Shown: positions 13,140 through 26,989 of the stretch, piece after piece | Layout of the letters: every line of letters starts with the position of its first letter | Position numbering within the stretch: the stretch's first letter is position 1 | Origin: Lingula anatina | Lineage: Eukaryota > Animalia > Brachiopoda | Assembly: GCA_051362555.1 (NCBI GenBank) | Contig: CM120647.1 | Span: forward strand, 15,538,651 to 15,602,650 | DNA length: 64,000 nt | Direction of reading: 5' to 3' | The notes under the pieces: model-generated | What the model was told of the DNA's origin: nothing | Seen by the model: the letters and a program-made list of their open reading frames with translations, nothing else | The model's database searches: none | Made by a program: the position numbers and the translations under genes

Positions 13140-13854
13140 ACACAGCCGGGCAAATTGCATTGCGTGCTTCATGCACCTGCTGTGGTCACAGGCGTAGCAG
13201 CGACCATGGGAGTTGCAGGTGCGGCGGAGTTGCACCCAACTGCTACTGTATTGCAATTGATCACACAACAAGGTAAAAAAGGTGTTGTGATGAGATTGTT
13301 CATAGCAGTATTTTCACAAATACATTTTTAGACCAGATACTTGTTACACATAAAAAAAAATGTTGATTTTTGTCCGAACCTTAGACTGCTAGCCGATTTG
13401 CAAATTCTGGAAGTCATTTTTTTATATCGTTGTGAGAAATCATGGGAGTGAATTAACAGATTATAAAAAACGCCACCACATAAAACTTTTTTTAAAAACA
13501 AATACAGCTTGCCCAAAGTTAATTTTAGATACGAGATGAACGGTTTTGTAAATTTTTTGAGAGAGTGGAAGAGAGAGGGAGAAAGAGAGTCGGGGTAGGG
13601 AGGGCGGGCGGTTGAAGGAGAATTAGAACCAGGTTGTACGTGTGTATGTTATATTATACTCTGATTGTAATATGTGGCGTTTATTTCCATTCACTTTTGT
13701 GATATAATCTAATGAAAGCTACACAATGTGCAATCAAATAAGTACATAAAAAATGGATATCGTTTTGAAAATGGCCAGCCTAATGCAATGGTTCATTGCT
13801 TAACAGTATATAATAATATGTTTTGTTTGCAGAGGACCCCTTTCTCGAGGTTAA
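13140..13854 (+). pseudogene. 8-Cys peptide copy C (exon 2 13140-13276, exon 3 from 13833; TATA, exon 1 and most of intron 1 deleted at ~13106; Cys4 changed to Arg)
   Basis: DTAGQIALRASCTCCGHRRSSDHGSCRCGGVAPNCYCIAIDHTTR*. The promoter module is fused directly to the exon-2 acceptor region. Confidence 0.8.
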
Positions 13855-14757
13855 GCAGGACCAGTTGAACATACGGAAGAAAACAGGAAACTATTCTATT
13901 AGCTAAATAAAAAGCTGCTGTATTTGGACTTTTTTTTAGTGAATTTTGAGTTCAACAATAAGTGGTCATAATAAAGATTGTAGTAAATATGCGGAATTAC
14001 TACTTTATCAAAGCTCCAATTTTACCACTTTTGTCGTTGTTGGAAATCGTTTGAATGATAATACGTATATTAAACCAATGGACAATGCACTAAAATTTAG
14101 AGGCCCTAGTTTTATTTCATAAACATAATTGAAAAAAGTAAATATGTCATTTTTGCTGTGTAAGAATCAAATGCATTTACTTCAGTTATAGTTAAGGTGG
14201 TTCAATTTTGTGGGCATGTTAGTCTTATCAAAAATGAATCAATACATGGCCTGCGATAAACTTCCATTATGAAATTCTAGTTGCCAATATTCACTAGGAC
14301 AGAAGGATGTTAATTATTTTCGATCAAAATCCGTTAACAACTTGTAATACTTAAATTAATGATAAATCTTGCTAAACAGAAAACTCGCCAAAGCATTTCG
14401 AGTACCAAAATTTTCCAAAATGCAGATATTTAATTTAATACAGAATTTTTTATCATTTGTTAAATTGTTGGCATATAAATACTGACTACAGTAATATTCC
14501 TTGCATTCTTATCTTCTTCTTTAATGTGATGTCCAAACAAATTAAACTCTATTAACCCAAGTGTCTCGTGATTGAAGACCAAAAGGTAAAAGGGAAAATA
14601 ATTTTGTCAAAAACATTTCATTTTTTTTTTAGAAATTCAACTCAATTTACTTAGGAAAATTCTACTTTGTTGCAATAACACACCGAAAATATGACAGGTT
14701 GCAAGGTTTTGGGCTATAGCCATCCGGGGATTTGCAGTAGTCGTCAAACAAGGTAGT

Positions 14758-15627
14758 CTAGCACGTGCCACACTTTTTACGGTATTCATTGGACAGCCGC
14801 GTCATGCACTGTTTTTCAGCGAAACCACTTCTACAGCTGCGGCAGAAATTTAAAAAAAAGTATGATAAACAGTTTTTTTATATGTGCTTTTACTAATAAC
14901 CTGGAGTTCTGACAAAAATAGAACGACGCTATTAAAATAATGAAGCGGCGAGCATATATAGAACTCTGATTCTTTATATATACATGCATAATTATTTTAT
15001 CTGTGTTCTAGTTTCTGCATTATAAAAAAATGACTATCATACCTACAGACTGGTTTATCATCGTCGTAAAGGACAAAGGTGCCTCTATTAGTACATTGTA
15101 GCCCCCCCCCCCCCCCCCCCAACCATGGATATCTCTTCTTACATATTGCTTCTTATTCAAAATGAAAGATGAAATGTTATATGTCAAAAGAAAATGAACA
15201 AACAAACAAATAGATAAATATATAAATGACATGTAATATCAAAAAATAACATTAAAATATTATTTGATGCAAATGACAATTGAAGAAACGGAAAAAAATA
15301 CACTAGTACATAGATACATGCTGTCAAACACTGACAAAGAGTTTGTCAACGTGTCAGCACATTTTGCAGTATTTTTCCCTGTTTTTTTCACATTCTCACA
15401 CTAATTTGAAGCCTTACATTTATAACGCCTGCTGTTTTCGTCGGTACCTGTGCACGAAACTTACAACTGGCACATGTTTTAATGCACTTCCCAAGTGACG
15501 TTTTTGCTTCGATTCCACCACTGCCCCACTCTTCTGAGGCATGTTTTCCGCGAAGCATGCAAGACCGTGTCGCCACCTCTAGGCCGAGGCCGTACTACCC
15601 TCAGAACAGTTGACACCTTTGCAATAC
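14758..15627 (-). pseudogene. Minus-strand TSP1-like/EGF gene remnant (exons ~15627-15465, 15151-15043, 14836-14758)
   Basis: The last two exons splice in frame: …KKRYPWLGGGGGGLQCTNRGTFVLYDDDKPVC|SCRSGFAEKQCMTRLSNEYRKKCGTC*. Two EGF cysteines are lost and the TSP1-like exon is frameshifted. Confidence 0.65.
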
Positions 15628-15780
15628 CTGTGAGGTGTACAAGAGCTCCAGGCGGCTTACATCTTGTGAGGCTTTAGCATGTGTTGCGTAATAAAAGTAC
15701 ACCTTTATTGAGTAATTTTTAACTCTGAAATCTTGTAAAAGATGTATTATCTGAACATGCTGCCATCAAAGTCTGTCTCA

Positions 15781-15817
<37 letters not shown>

Positions 15818-18227
15818 GTACACCGGAATGACTGGTTACATATAGTCTAAGACGGAAGTAATAATGTGAAGACGACATTTGTATTGCGTCAAAGAAAATA
15901 ACTCAATACCTTTTTTATTTGATGCACTGTTTTATGGAATCACAAAGAGCATTACGCTGGGACCATATTTCACTGTAATATATAGAATATGTTTCAACGC
16001 TGATTATTATTCAAAAGAAAATTAAACAATCTGTTTTAATCCGATTATTAGGAGAGGTAAAAAAAAAAAAAAACAATAGTTACATATCTGAGTATGTATA
16101 CAATTGGCGTCTGGAGTTCAAAATGAAACCCCCAGTGAATTATTTATATTTTGAAAGTAATAAGCACATATTACCAGTCAGAAAATTAGCGATTTGCCAA
16201 ATGCATGCCTTTTATAGCAGTGTTTGATGTGTGTCAAATACAGCGTCGTGTAATTTTTACTCAATATTCAGAGAATCTTCTACCGCTTCCTTTTACACTT
16301 CCTTGACACCCTACTCGGCATCACTAGGCTAGGGACCTGTCCAGAACTTTGAATCAAAATGGTGGCATGCTTACAAATGTAACGCGTGATCGGAAAATGT
16401 TACAAAAACACTATTTTCTGACATTTCAAAGTACCCAAACAAAATATTTCTAGATAACAATTAGCAGTGGTTCCATTTGATCGTATAACAGGTAAATTTC
16501 TCAGCTAAGCATTCGACTTATAAGCTCTGTTAAGCAACCTGTGAGCGTTTTTGGCTGTTTTAACAGCTTTCTAGATTGACGACATAAGTGAATCGGTTTC
16601 AAACTAAAGCTCTGTTCACAACTAAGTTGATCCGTGTGTTATCTTAGCTTGGGATCAAAAATGGCGCGACCCACAAGAAAACTTGTTGCCAAAATGCCTT
16701 TGCTGGGCCAGATACTGGAGTGGGTGACCCATGTTCCTTCTCCAGATTATTTAACCCATCCGCCCTTTGACAGGTTTTGCTTTTAGTCCTGCTGAGTGTT
16801 CACGCACCCTCCTCGCTGGACAAGCCCAGTGGGGGGGAGATGGTTTAGCCGCCGACAACCCGACCATGGAACAGGCATTACTGGTTTACATGTTACCACT
16901 TGCTTAGCATTTCTAGCAGGCGTTAATTAACTGTTTTAAACCAAACAAATTGACTAATTTCCATTGAATTTGCTATTTTGTTTATCATGTACGTGGTAAA
17001 TTCATTAGCCAGAAGATAGAATCCTCCTCACCAATCAACAGCAGATGTTTAAAAATGAACTGTAGTAAAATTATCATTGTGTGTAAGTGACAGTTTTATT
17101 ACAACAAAGAAAAAGGGTCGTTTTTATTTTTGATATTATTCCGTGTCTATTAAAGATAGAAGGAAGCATGTACACTAGTAGAAAAAAGAAATGCAGATAT
17201 AAATGTGCTCGAGGAATGCATTAAACAAGAAGGACTTTGAACAAGCAGGTGATACTTGTCATTACAACTAATGGTAATTGCTTTATTACGTTAAGTTGTG
17301 TAAAAATGATTAAGGAAATGTTTGGTATAGAAAATACCTTGTAAGGACCATATCTCATTTCGACGGTATACCGTATGTGTCTTTGTTGAAGACTGATAAT
17401 ATTTGCCTGGTAACAGAGAGAATTCAAAAGGAAAACTGGAGTGAATTATCTTAATTTTGAAAGTTTTATGCATATTTTAGAAATCTTGCGAATATTATCA
17501 CGTGTTCTAAAGATAATGCATGACGGCACGATCTGATTTTCTCAATATACAGGGTTCTATTTTCAGTAATAAAAGAAATAAAATATAGTAAAAATTAAAA
17601 TTCCAAATTTGTAACTTATCGGTAAAATAAAATGAAAGTTAAAAACAACAATAAGTAAATATCTTTATTTAGTTTAAGGTAAATGCACAGCTCTTTCTAG
17701 ATGATGTACGAAAAATTTGAATGCGACTGGTCTATTGCAAATGGGTCTTTGCGTGTTTTTATCTTATGCGTACCAGTTCGATATTAGTGAGTTAGATTCC
17801 CTTTTTAGAATGTACATTTTAATAATGAAACAATGCAAATTAAATTAAGTTTTGGTTATCACTTGTATGTAATTAAATTGGATTTTTACCACGACAAAAT
17901 GGGAAATGGTTGCAGAAATGTTTAGGTTAGGAAATAAAAGAAGGAGAAAAAGAAAAAAAAAATGAGAGAACGCTTCTGCTTTTAGACGTCGCTTTGACAA
18001 ATGATAATGATTTTGTTGCATAACACCGTGTACAAATGATTAAGGAAAAGTTGGAAACAGAAAAAACCTTCCTGGGACCATATTTCATGACAATTTTATT
18101 CTGTGTTTCCTTGCTGAAGATTGATAGGGATTTGCTTGCACTGAAACGTATAAATAGCGACTTGGGTTGCAAATCTCATCGTAGAGAACTGATCCAGTCT
18201 CCTGCTACGACAACTTCCTTTGGGACA

Positions 18228-19728
18228 ATGAAGTCTTGCGCTCTTCTTGTGCTCTTGGTGCTCTTTGTTGCTGTTGTCATAGAAGGTGAGAGACACAAAG
18301 TATTTAATTAAAAGTATTTAATAATGACTTTAAGTGTAACATCTGAAGCGAAGAAAAGGGGTACGTCAGAACTGAAATCGTAATCTAGGCAGACGTTATC
18401 TCCGCTAGGGGGAAATTTAATCTTAAATGTTACATTAGTATGTCGTAATTTGACCACAAGAGGTCGTGATCAAAATCACACCCAATAAGATTGTAAAATT
18501 GTTGAAACATAAATTACAGCTTCCAACTAAATAAAGTGCAATGTTCAGTAATTCAAAATTAGCAGATAGGCAGTTGTGAGTGCTTACTGACAGTGGTATT
18601 TTGCTTGCTTTTGAAACACAAAGTGAAACGTATAATTCTGCCTTAATTTGTATTTCCATAAATTATCTTAACACTGTCAAGATAGAAAATATCTCAATAT
18701 ATATGTAAAACCATTTTAGTATCTTCTATGAGGAATGTCTGCTCTTTGTATTTCACTCTCAAAAATAAGCTAAAACAGCCAAATAGATTATTTGTCACTA
18801 CCGACAAATACCGCTAAAAATTGAATGCAATGGAGACCAGAAAAATGTATTTGGAGTTCACAAAGGCATGGATAGTGCCACGCATTACCCACTCCTAAGC
18901 AAATATGGAAAGAACGCAAATTTTAAGTTCCACTATGTTGCTTTCCTTCATTATCATTTGAATTGAGAAATAAATGCATAAAGACTTTCAGTAACACCTT
19001 TATATTTTGCATTTTTTATTTTGATATTAGACACAGCCGGACAAGGTATAGCGCGTGCTACATGCACCTGCTGTGGTCATATTTGTCATACCGACAGTGG
19101 GATTTGCAGGTGCGGCGGAGTTGCACCCAACTGCTACTGTATTGCAATTGATCATACAACAAGGTAAACGGAGTTGTGATGAAATTGTTCATAGCAGTAT
19201 TTTCACAAATACATTTTTAGAACAGATACTTGTTACACGTAAAAAATGTTGGTTATTGTCCGAACCTTAGACTGCTAAGCCGATTTGTAAATTTTGCAAG
19301 TCAATCTCTATGATATTGTTGCGAGAAATCGTGAGATTGAATAAAAAGATTATAAAAAGCACCACAGCATAAAACTTTTAATAACAAATACAGTTTGCCC
19401 AAATTTAATAGTTTAGATACGAGATGAACGGTTTTGTAAAGTTTTAGAGAGAGAAGGAGAAAGAAGGAGAGAGAGGGAGAAAGAGAGGTCGGGGTAGGGA
19501 GGGGGAGGTTGAAGGAAAATTAGAACCAGCTTGTATGTGTGCATGTCATATTTCCATTCACGCTTGTGATATAATCTAATGAAAGCTATATAATGTGCAA
19601 TCAAATAAGTAAATAGAAAAAAAAATGGATATCTTTTCGTAAATGGTCAGTTAAATGCAATGGTTTATTTTTTAACAGTTAATAACAACAATATTTTTGT
19701 TTTCAGAAAACCCCCAGGTCGAGGGTAG
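18228..19728 (+). CDS. 8-Cys secreted peptide precursor, copy D (exon 1 18228-18285; exon 2 19031-19163, or to 19167 if its stop is used; exon 3 19707-19728)
   Basis: MKSCALLVLLVLFVAVVIE|DTAGQGIARATCTCCGHICHTDSGICRCGGVAPNCYCIAIDHTTR(* or KPPGRG*). GT-AG introns, TATA box, AATAAA at 19843. Confidence 0.85.
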
Positions 19729-20632
19729 GCATGACCAGTTGAATATAAAGAAGAAAACAGGAAACTAATCATTCAGCTAAATGTAAAGCTGCTGTATTTG
19801 GACATTTTTTTGTGAATTTTGAGTTCAACAATAAGTGGTCATAATAAAGATTGTAGTAAATATGCTGTATTTACTACTTTATCAAAGCTCCAATTTTACC
19901 ACTTTTGTCGTTGTTGGAAATCGTTTGAATGATAATACGTATATTAAACCAATGAACAATGCACTAAAATTTAGAGGCCCTAGTTTTATTTCATAAACAT
20001 AATTGAAAAAAGTAAATATATCACTTTCGCTGTGTAAGAATCAAATGCATTTACTTCAGTTATAGTTAAGGTGGTTCAGTTTTGTGGGCATGTTAGTCTT
20101 ATCAAAAATGAATCAATACATGGCCTGCGATAAACTTCCATTATGAAATTCTAGTAGCCAATATTCACTAGGACAGAAGGATGTTAATTATTTTCGATCA
20201 AAATCCGTTAACAACTTGTAATACTTAAATTAATGATAAATCTTGCTAAACAGAAAACTCGCCAAAGCATTTCGAGTACCAAAATTTTCCAAAATGCAGA
20301 TATTTAATTTGATATAGAATTTTTTATCATTTGTTAAATTGTTGGCATATAAATACTGACTACAGTAATATTCCTTGCATCCTTATCTTCTTCTTTAATG
20401 TGATGTCCAAACAAATTAAACTCTATTAACCCAAGTGTCTCGTGATTGAAGACCAAAAGGTAAAAGGGAAAATAATTTTGTCAAAAACATTTCATTTTTT
20501 TTTTTAGAAATTCAGCTCAATTTACTTAGGAAAATTCTACTTTGTTGAAATAACACACCGAAAATATGATAGGTTGCAAGGTTTTGGGCTATAGCCATCC
20601 GGGCATTTGCAGTAGTCGTCAATCAAGGTAGT

Positions 20633-21342
20633 CTAGCACGTGCCACACTTTTTACGGTATTCATTGGACAGCCGCGTCATGCACTGTTTTCCAGCGAAAC
20701 CACTTCTACAGCTGCGGCAGAAATTAAAAAAAAGTATGATAAACAGTTTTTTTATATGTGCTTTTAGTAATAACCTGGAATTCTGACAAAAATAGAACGA
20801 CGCTATTAAAATAATGAAGCGGCGAGCATATATAGTACTCTTATTCTTTATATATACATGCATTATTATTTTATCTGAGTTCTAGTTTCTGCATTATAAA
20901 AAAAACATGACTATCATACCTACAGACTGGATTATCATCGTCGTAAAGGACAAAGGTGCCTCTATTAGTACATTGTAGGCACCCCCCCCCCCCCAACCAT
21001 GGATATCTCTTCTTACATATTGCTTCTTATTCAAAATGAAAGATGAAATGTTATATGTTAAAAGAAAATTAACAAACAAACAAATAGATAAATATATAAA
21101 TGCAAATGACAATTGAAGAAACGGAAAAAATACACTAGTACATAGATACATGCTGTCAAACACTGACAAAGAGTTTGTCAACGTGTCAGCACATTTTGCA
21201 GTGTTTTTCCCTGTTTTTTCACATTCTCACACTAATTTGAAGCCTTATTATTTAAAAGCAGTACATTTATAACGCCTGCTGTTTTCGTCGATACCTGTGC
21301 ACGAAACTTACAACTGGCACATGTTTTAATGCACTTCCCAAG
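20633..21342 (-). pseudogene. Minus-strand TSP1-like/EGF gene remnant (exons 21025-20920 and 20711-20633; TSP1-like exon mostly deleted)
   Basis: …KKRYPWLGGGGCLQCTNRGTFVLYDDDNPVC|SCRSGFAGKQCMTRLSNEYRKKCGTC*. Confidence 0.65.
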
Positions 21343-21467
21343 CTTACATCTTGTGAGGCTTTAGCATGTGTTGCGTAATAAAAGTACACCTTTATTGAGT
21401 AATTTTTAACTCTGAAATCTTGTAAAAGATGTATTATCTGAACATGCTGCCATCAAAGTCTGTCTCA

Positions 21468-21525
<58 letters not shown>
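21468..21525. repeat. (AAT)n microsatellite (shorter paralog at 15781-15817)
   Basis: Direct inspection. Confidence 0.95.
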
Positions 21526-23935
21526 GTACACCGGAATGACTGGTTACATATAGTCTAAGACGGAAGTAATAATGTGAAGACGACATTTGTATTGCGTCAA
21601 AGAAAATAACTCAATACCTTTTTTATTTGATGCACTGTTTTATGGAATCACAAAGAGTATTACGCTGGGACCATATTTCACTGTAATATATAGAATATGT
21701 TTCAACGCTGACTATTATTCAAAAGAAAAATAAACAAACTGTTTTAATCCGATTATTAGGAGAGGTAAAAAAAAAAAAAAAAGCAATAGTTACATGTCTG
21801 AGTACGTATACAATTGGCGTCTGGACTTCAAAATGAAACCCCCAGTGAATTATTTATATTTTGAAAGTAATAAGCACATATTACCAGTCAGAGAATTAGC
21901 GATTTTCCAAATGCATGCCTTTTATAGCAGTGTTTGATGTGTGTCAAATACAGCGTCGTGTAACTTTTACTCAATATTCAGAGAATCTTCTACCGCTTCC
22001 TTTTACACTTCCTTGACACCCTACTCGGCATCACTAGGCTAGGGACCTGTCCAGAACTTTGAATCAAAATGGCGGCATGCTTACAAATGTAACGCGTGAT
22101 CGGAAAATGTTACAAAAACACTATTTTCTGACATTTCAAAGCACCCAAACAAAATATTTCTAGATAACAATTAGCAGTGGTTCCATTTGATCGTATAACA
22201 GGTAAATTTCTCAGCTAAGCATTCGACTTATAAGCTCTGTTAAGCAACCTGTGAGCGTTTTTGGCTGTTTTAACAGCTTTCTAGATTGACGACATAAGTG
22301 AATCGGTTTCAAACTAAAGCTCTGTTCACAACTAAGTTGATCCGTGTGTTATCTTAGCTTGGGATCAAAAATGGCGCGACCCACAAGAAAACTTGTTGCC
22401 AAAATGCCCATGCTGGGCCAGATACTGGAGTGGGTGACCCATGTTCCTTCTCCAGATTATTTAACCCATCCGCCCTTTGACAGGTTTTGCTTTTAGTCCT
22501 GCTGAGTGTTCACGCACCCTCCTCGCTGGACAAGCCCAGTGGGGGGAGATGGTTTAGCCGCCGACAACCCGACCATGGAACAGGCATTACTGGTTTACAT
22601 GTTACCACTTGCTTAGCATTTCTAGCAGGCGTTAATTAACTGTTTTAAACCAAACAAATTGACTAATTTCCATTGAATTTGCTATTTTGTTTATCATGTA
22701 CGTGGTAAATTCATTAGCCAGAAGTTAGAATCCTCCTCACCAATCAACAGCAGATGTTTAAAAATGAACTGTAGTAAAATTATCATTGTGTGTAAGTGAC
22801 AGTTTTATTACAACGAAGAAAAAGGGTCGTTTTTATTTTTGATATTATTCCGTGTCTATTAAAGATAGAAGGAAGCATGTACACTAGTAGAAAAAAGAAA
22901 TGCAGATATAAATGTGCTCGAGTTATGCATTAAACAAGAAGGACTTTGAACAAGCAGGTGATACTTGTCATTACAACAAATGGTAATTGCTTTATTACGT
23001 TAAGTTGTGTAAAAATGATTAAGGAAATGTTTGGTATAGAAAATACCTTGTAAGGACCATATCTCATTTCGACGGAATTCCGTATGTGTCCTTGTTGAAG
23101 ACTGATAATATTTGCCTGGTAACAGAGAGAATTCAAAAGGAAAACTGGAGTGAATTATCTTAATTTTGAAAGTTTTATGCATATTTTAGAAATCTTGCGA
23201 ATATTATCACGTGTTCTAAAGATAATGCATGACGGCACGATCTGATTTTCTCAATATACAGGGTTCGATTTTCAGTAATATAAGAAATAAAATATAGTAA
23301 AAATTAAAATTCCAAATTTGTAACTTATCGGTAAAATAAAATGAAAGTTAAAAACAACAATAAGTAAATATCTTTATTTAGTTAAAGGTAAATGCACAGC
23401 TCTTTCTAGATGATGTACGAAAATTTTGAATGCGACTGGTCTATTGCAAATGGGTCTTTGCGTGTTTTTATCTTATGCGTACCAGTTCGATATTAGTGAG
23501 TTAGATTCCCTTTTTAGAATGTACATTTTAATAATGAAACAATGCAAATTAAATTAAGTTTTGGTTATCAGTTGTATGTTATTAAATTTGATTTTTACCA
23601 CGACAAAATGGGAAATGGTTGCAGAAATGTTTAGGTTAGGAAATAAAAGAAGGAGAAAAAGAAAAAAAAATGAGAGAACGCTTCTGCTTTTAGACGTCGC
23701 TTTGACAAATGATAATGATTTTGTTGCATAACACCGTGTACAAATGATTAAGGAAAAGTTGGAAACAGAAAAAACCTTCCTGGGACCATATTTCATGACA
23801 ATTTTATTCTGTGTTTCCTTGCTGAAGATTGATAGGGATTTGCTTGCACTGAAACGTATAAATAGCGACTTGGGTTGCAAATCTCATCGTAGAGAACTGA
23901 TCCAGTCTCCTGCTACGACAACTTCCTTTGGGACA

Positions 23936-25436
23936 ATGAAGTCTTGCGCTCTTCTTGTGCTCTTGGTGTTCTTTGTTGCTGTTGTCATAGAAGGTGAGAG
24001 ACACAAAGTATTTAATTAAAAGTATTTAATAATGACTTGAAGTGTAAAATCTGAAGCGAAGAAAAGGGGTACGTCAGAACTGAAATCGTAATCTAGGCAG
24101 ACGTTATCTCCGCTAGGGGGAAATTTAATCTTAAATGTTACATTAGTATGTCGTAATTTGACCACAAGAGGTCGTGATCAAAATCACACCCAATAAGATT
24201 GTAAAATTGTTGAAACATAAATTACAGCTTCCAACTAAATAAAGTGCAATGTTCAGTAATTCAAAATTAGCAGATAGGCAGTTGTGAGTGCTTACTGACA
24301 GTGGTATTTTGCTTGCTTTTGAAACACAAAGTGAAACGTATAATTCTGCCTTAATTTGTATTTCCATAAATTATCTTAACACTGTCAAGATAGAAAATAT
24401 CTCAATATATATGTAAAACCATTTTAGTATCTTCTATGAGGAATGTCTGCTCTTTGTATTTCACTCTCAAAAATAAGCTAAAACAGCCAAATAGATTATT
24501 TGTCACTACCGACAAATACCGCTAAAAATTGAATGCAATGGAGACCAGAAAAATGTATTTGGAGTTCACAAAGGCATGGATAGTGCCACGCATTATCCAC
24601 TCCTAAGCAAATTTGGAAAGAACGCAAATTTTAAGTTCCACTATGTTGCTTTCCTTCATTATCATTTGAATTGAGAAATAAATGCATATGGACTTTCAGT
24701 AACACGTTTATATTCTGCATTTTTTATTTTGATATTAGACACAGCCGGACAAGGTATAGCGCGTGCTACATGCACCTGCTGTGGTCATATTTGTCATACC
24801 GACAGTGGGATTTGCAGGTGCGGCGGAGTTGCACCCAACTGCTACTGTATTGCAATTGATCATACAACAAGGTAAACGGAGTTGTGATGAAATTGTTCAT
24901 AGCAGTATTTTCACAAATACATTTTTAGAACAGATACTTGTTACACGTAAAAAAAATGTTGATTATTGTCCGAACCTTAGACTGCTAAGCCGATTTGTAA
25001 ATTTTGCAAGTCAATTTCTATGATATTGTTGTGAAAAATCATGAGATTGAATAAAGAGATTATAAAAAGCACCACAGCATAAAACTTTTAATAACAAATA
25101 CAGTTTGCCCAAATTTAATAGTTTAGATACGAGATGAACGGTTTTGTAAAGTTTTAGAGAGAGAAGGAGAGAGAAGGAGAGAGAGGGAGAAAGAGAGGTC
25201 GGGGTAGGGAGGGGGAGGTTGAAGGAAAATTAGAACCAGCTTGTATGTGTGCATGTCATATTTCCATTCACGCTTGTGATATAATCTAATGAAAGCTATA
25301 TAATGTGCAATCAAATAAGTAAATAGAAAAAAACGGATATCTTTTTGTAAATGGTCAGTTAAATGCAATGGTTTATTGTTTAACAGTTTATAACAACAAT
25401 ATTTTTGTTTTCAGAAAACCCCCAGGTCGAGGGTAG
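23936..25436 (+). CDS. 8-Cys secreted peptide precursor, copy E (exon 1 23936-23993; exon 2 24739-24871, or to 24875; exon 3 25415-25436)
   Basis: Mature region identical to copy D; signal peptide MKSCALLVLLVFFVAVVIE; canonical splice sites. Confidence 0.85.
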
Positions 25437-25729
25437 GCATGACCAGTTGAACATGTGGAAGAAAACAGGAAACTAGTCACTCAGCTAAATGTAAAGCTGC
25501 TGTATTTGGACATTTTTTTTTTTTTTTTTTTTTTTTTGTGAATTTTGAGTTCAACAAGAAGTGGTCATAATAAAGATTGTAGTAAATACGCCGTATTTAC
25601 TGCATTATCAAAGCTCTAATTTTACTGCTTTTGTCGTTGTTGAAAATAGGATTGAATGCTTAATACGTATATTGAAAAGTAGAGGCTCTATCATTTATTT
25701 TATAAAGATGAATGAAAAAGTAAACTTTA

Positions 25730-26575
25730 TATAATAATCTTTATTGAGCACTAAAATGCATACATATTACATTTCACAGGCTCTCTACACTAGTCATAAC
25801 AAATTAGCAACAATTATACAAATCTATACAAATACGTATTGAATGTTTACTGGGAAGCAGCACAGAATAAAACGACTATTGCTATTGGTGGGTGTGTCGT
25901 TTTTTCAAACTTTCAGTTATATAAAGATATAATGTTCTCAAACATGATTCACTTTTTGGACTGAGCAGCCACTGAATTTTTTCATGATCTGTTTTCTGCT
26001 CAGGAGTTATCATTAATCTAATTCTTCTGTCACTATGTTCTTCACATTTCAGTAAAAAGTGGATCTCTGTTTCAATTTTATTACAGTGGGGGCACTTGCG
26101 ATTTTCAGTAGGGGTTTTAGGAGACGTATACCGGCCACGTTCAATTTCTAATTCGTGGTCACTAATCCGCATTTTTGCAATAGTCTTCATTTCTGATGGG
26201 GTGACTTTCATTAATAGATATTTTTCAGGGGGGTAAGTTTTTTTAAGTAATCTGTATGTCCTGAGTTTACTGTGGTTATCACTTTCCAGGTCTTTCCAAA
26301 ATAGTTCCTCAATTTTATTGTTGATAGCATCTCTTAGGTTTTCAAAGTTATCTAGTGTTTCTGTATCAGTTTTATGGCCCAGACCCCAACACTGAATAAA
26401 TGTTCTTATTGATTCAGACCAACAGGGTCCTTTTTCTTTTTGCTCCTGTTCATAAATGTTTTTGACCAATCTGTTGGAAGGTAGCTCTTTTAGTCTGGCG
26501 CTGTATCTCTGTGTCTGTTTTGCAATATCAAAATAGAGTGGAAATCTTCCAAATTCAGAAATGCTTATAGCCAAT
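25730..26575 (-). mobile_element. 5'-truncated non-LTR retrotransposon (ORF2 C-terminus plus 3' UTR)
   Basis: ORF 25882-26574: SKLRTYRLLKK…KMRISDHELEIERGRY…CPHCNKIETEIHFLLKC (CCHC zinc region of LINE ORF2). AATAAA plus an (ATT)-like tail at ~25730-25746. Confidence 0.8.
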
Positions 26576-26749
26576 ATTTGTGTTACTTAAATTAATGACA
26601 AATCCTGCTACACACAAATAAAAAACTTGCCAAAGCATTTCTAGTTCCAAGTGTTTGCTGCACTATGATCTAGAATTTCAGCTTAATTTATTTAGAAAAA
26701 TTTACTTTGTTGCACTAACACATCAAAAAAAAAAAAAAAATGTCGTTGT

Positions 26750-26880
26750 CCGCACGTGCGGCCACTTTTAAGCCTGGGTCCTAACCCAACCTACGGGCAT
26801 CTACGGCCAAAAAATTGGGAAACGCGGGATTTTTGTTTGAGGGACACGTCTATTTCCACCGAAATCACCCCTACAGCTGC
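26750..26880 (-). pseudogene. Disrupted terminal exon of the minus-strand EGF gene
   Basis: Acceptor TTTTTGCCGCAG, then CRGDFGGNRR…, homologous to 14758-14836. Confidence 0.5.
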
Positions 26881-26989
26881 GGCAAAAATAAAAACAAAAG
26901 TATGATGAACCAGTTTTTATATACCGTAAGTCCTTTGCGATGGGCCATGTAGTAAAACTGCGTAGAAAAAAAGCATGAAATCCCAGGTT

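Larger units (their letters stand above)
13900..25450 (+). repeat. Recent near-identical tandem duplication of a ~5.7-5.9-kb array unit (copies D and E)
   Basis: ATGs at 18228 and 23936 (offset 5708). The units are colinear apart from scattered substitutions, microsatellite length and a ~160-bp deletion at ~21342. Confidence 0.9.

Noticed and set aside
15440-15500. ShK-toxin-like C-terminus CxKTCxxC on the minus strand
   Set aside because: The last apparent Cys codon overlaps a conserved GTAAGT donor whose phase matches the next exon, and the remaining cysteines fit a TSP1-like pattern better.
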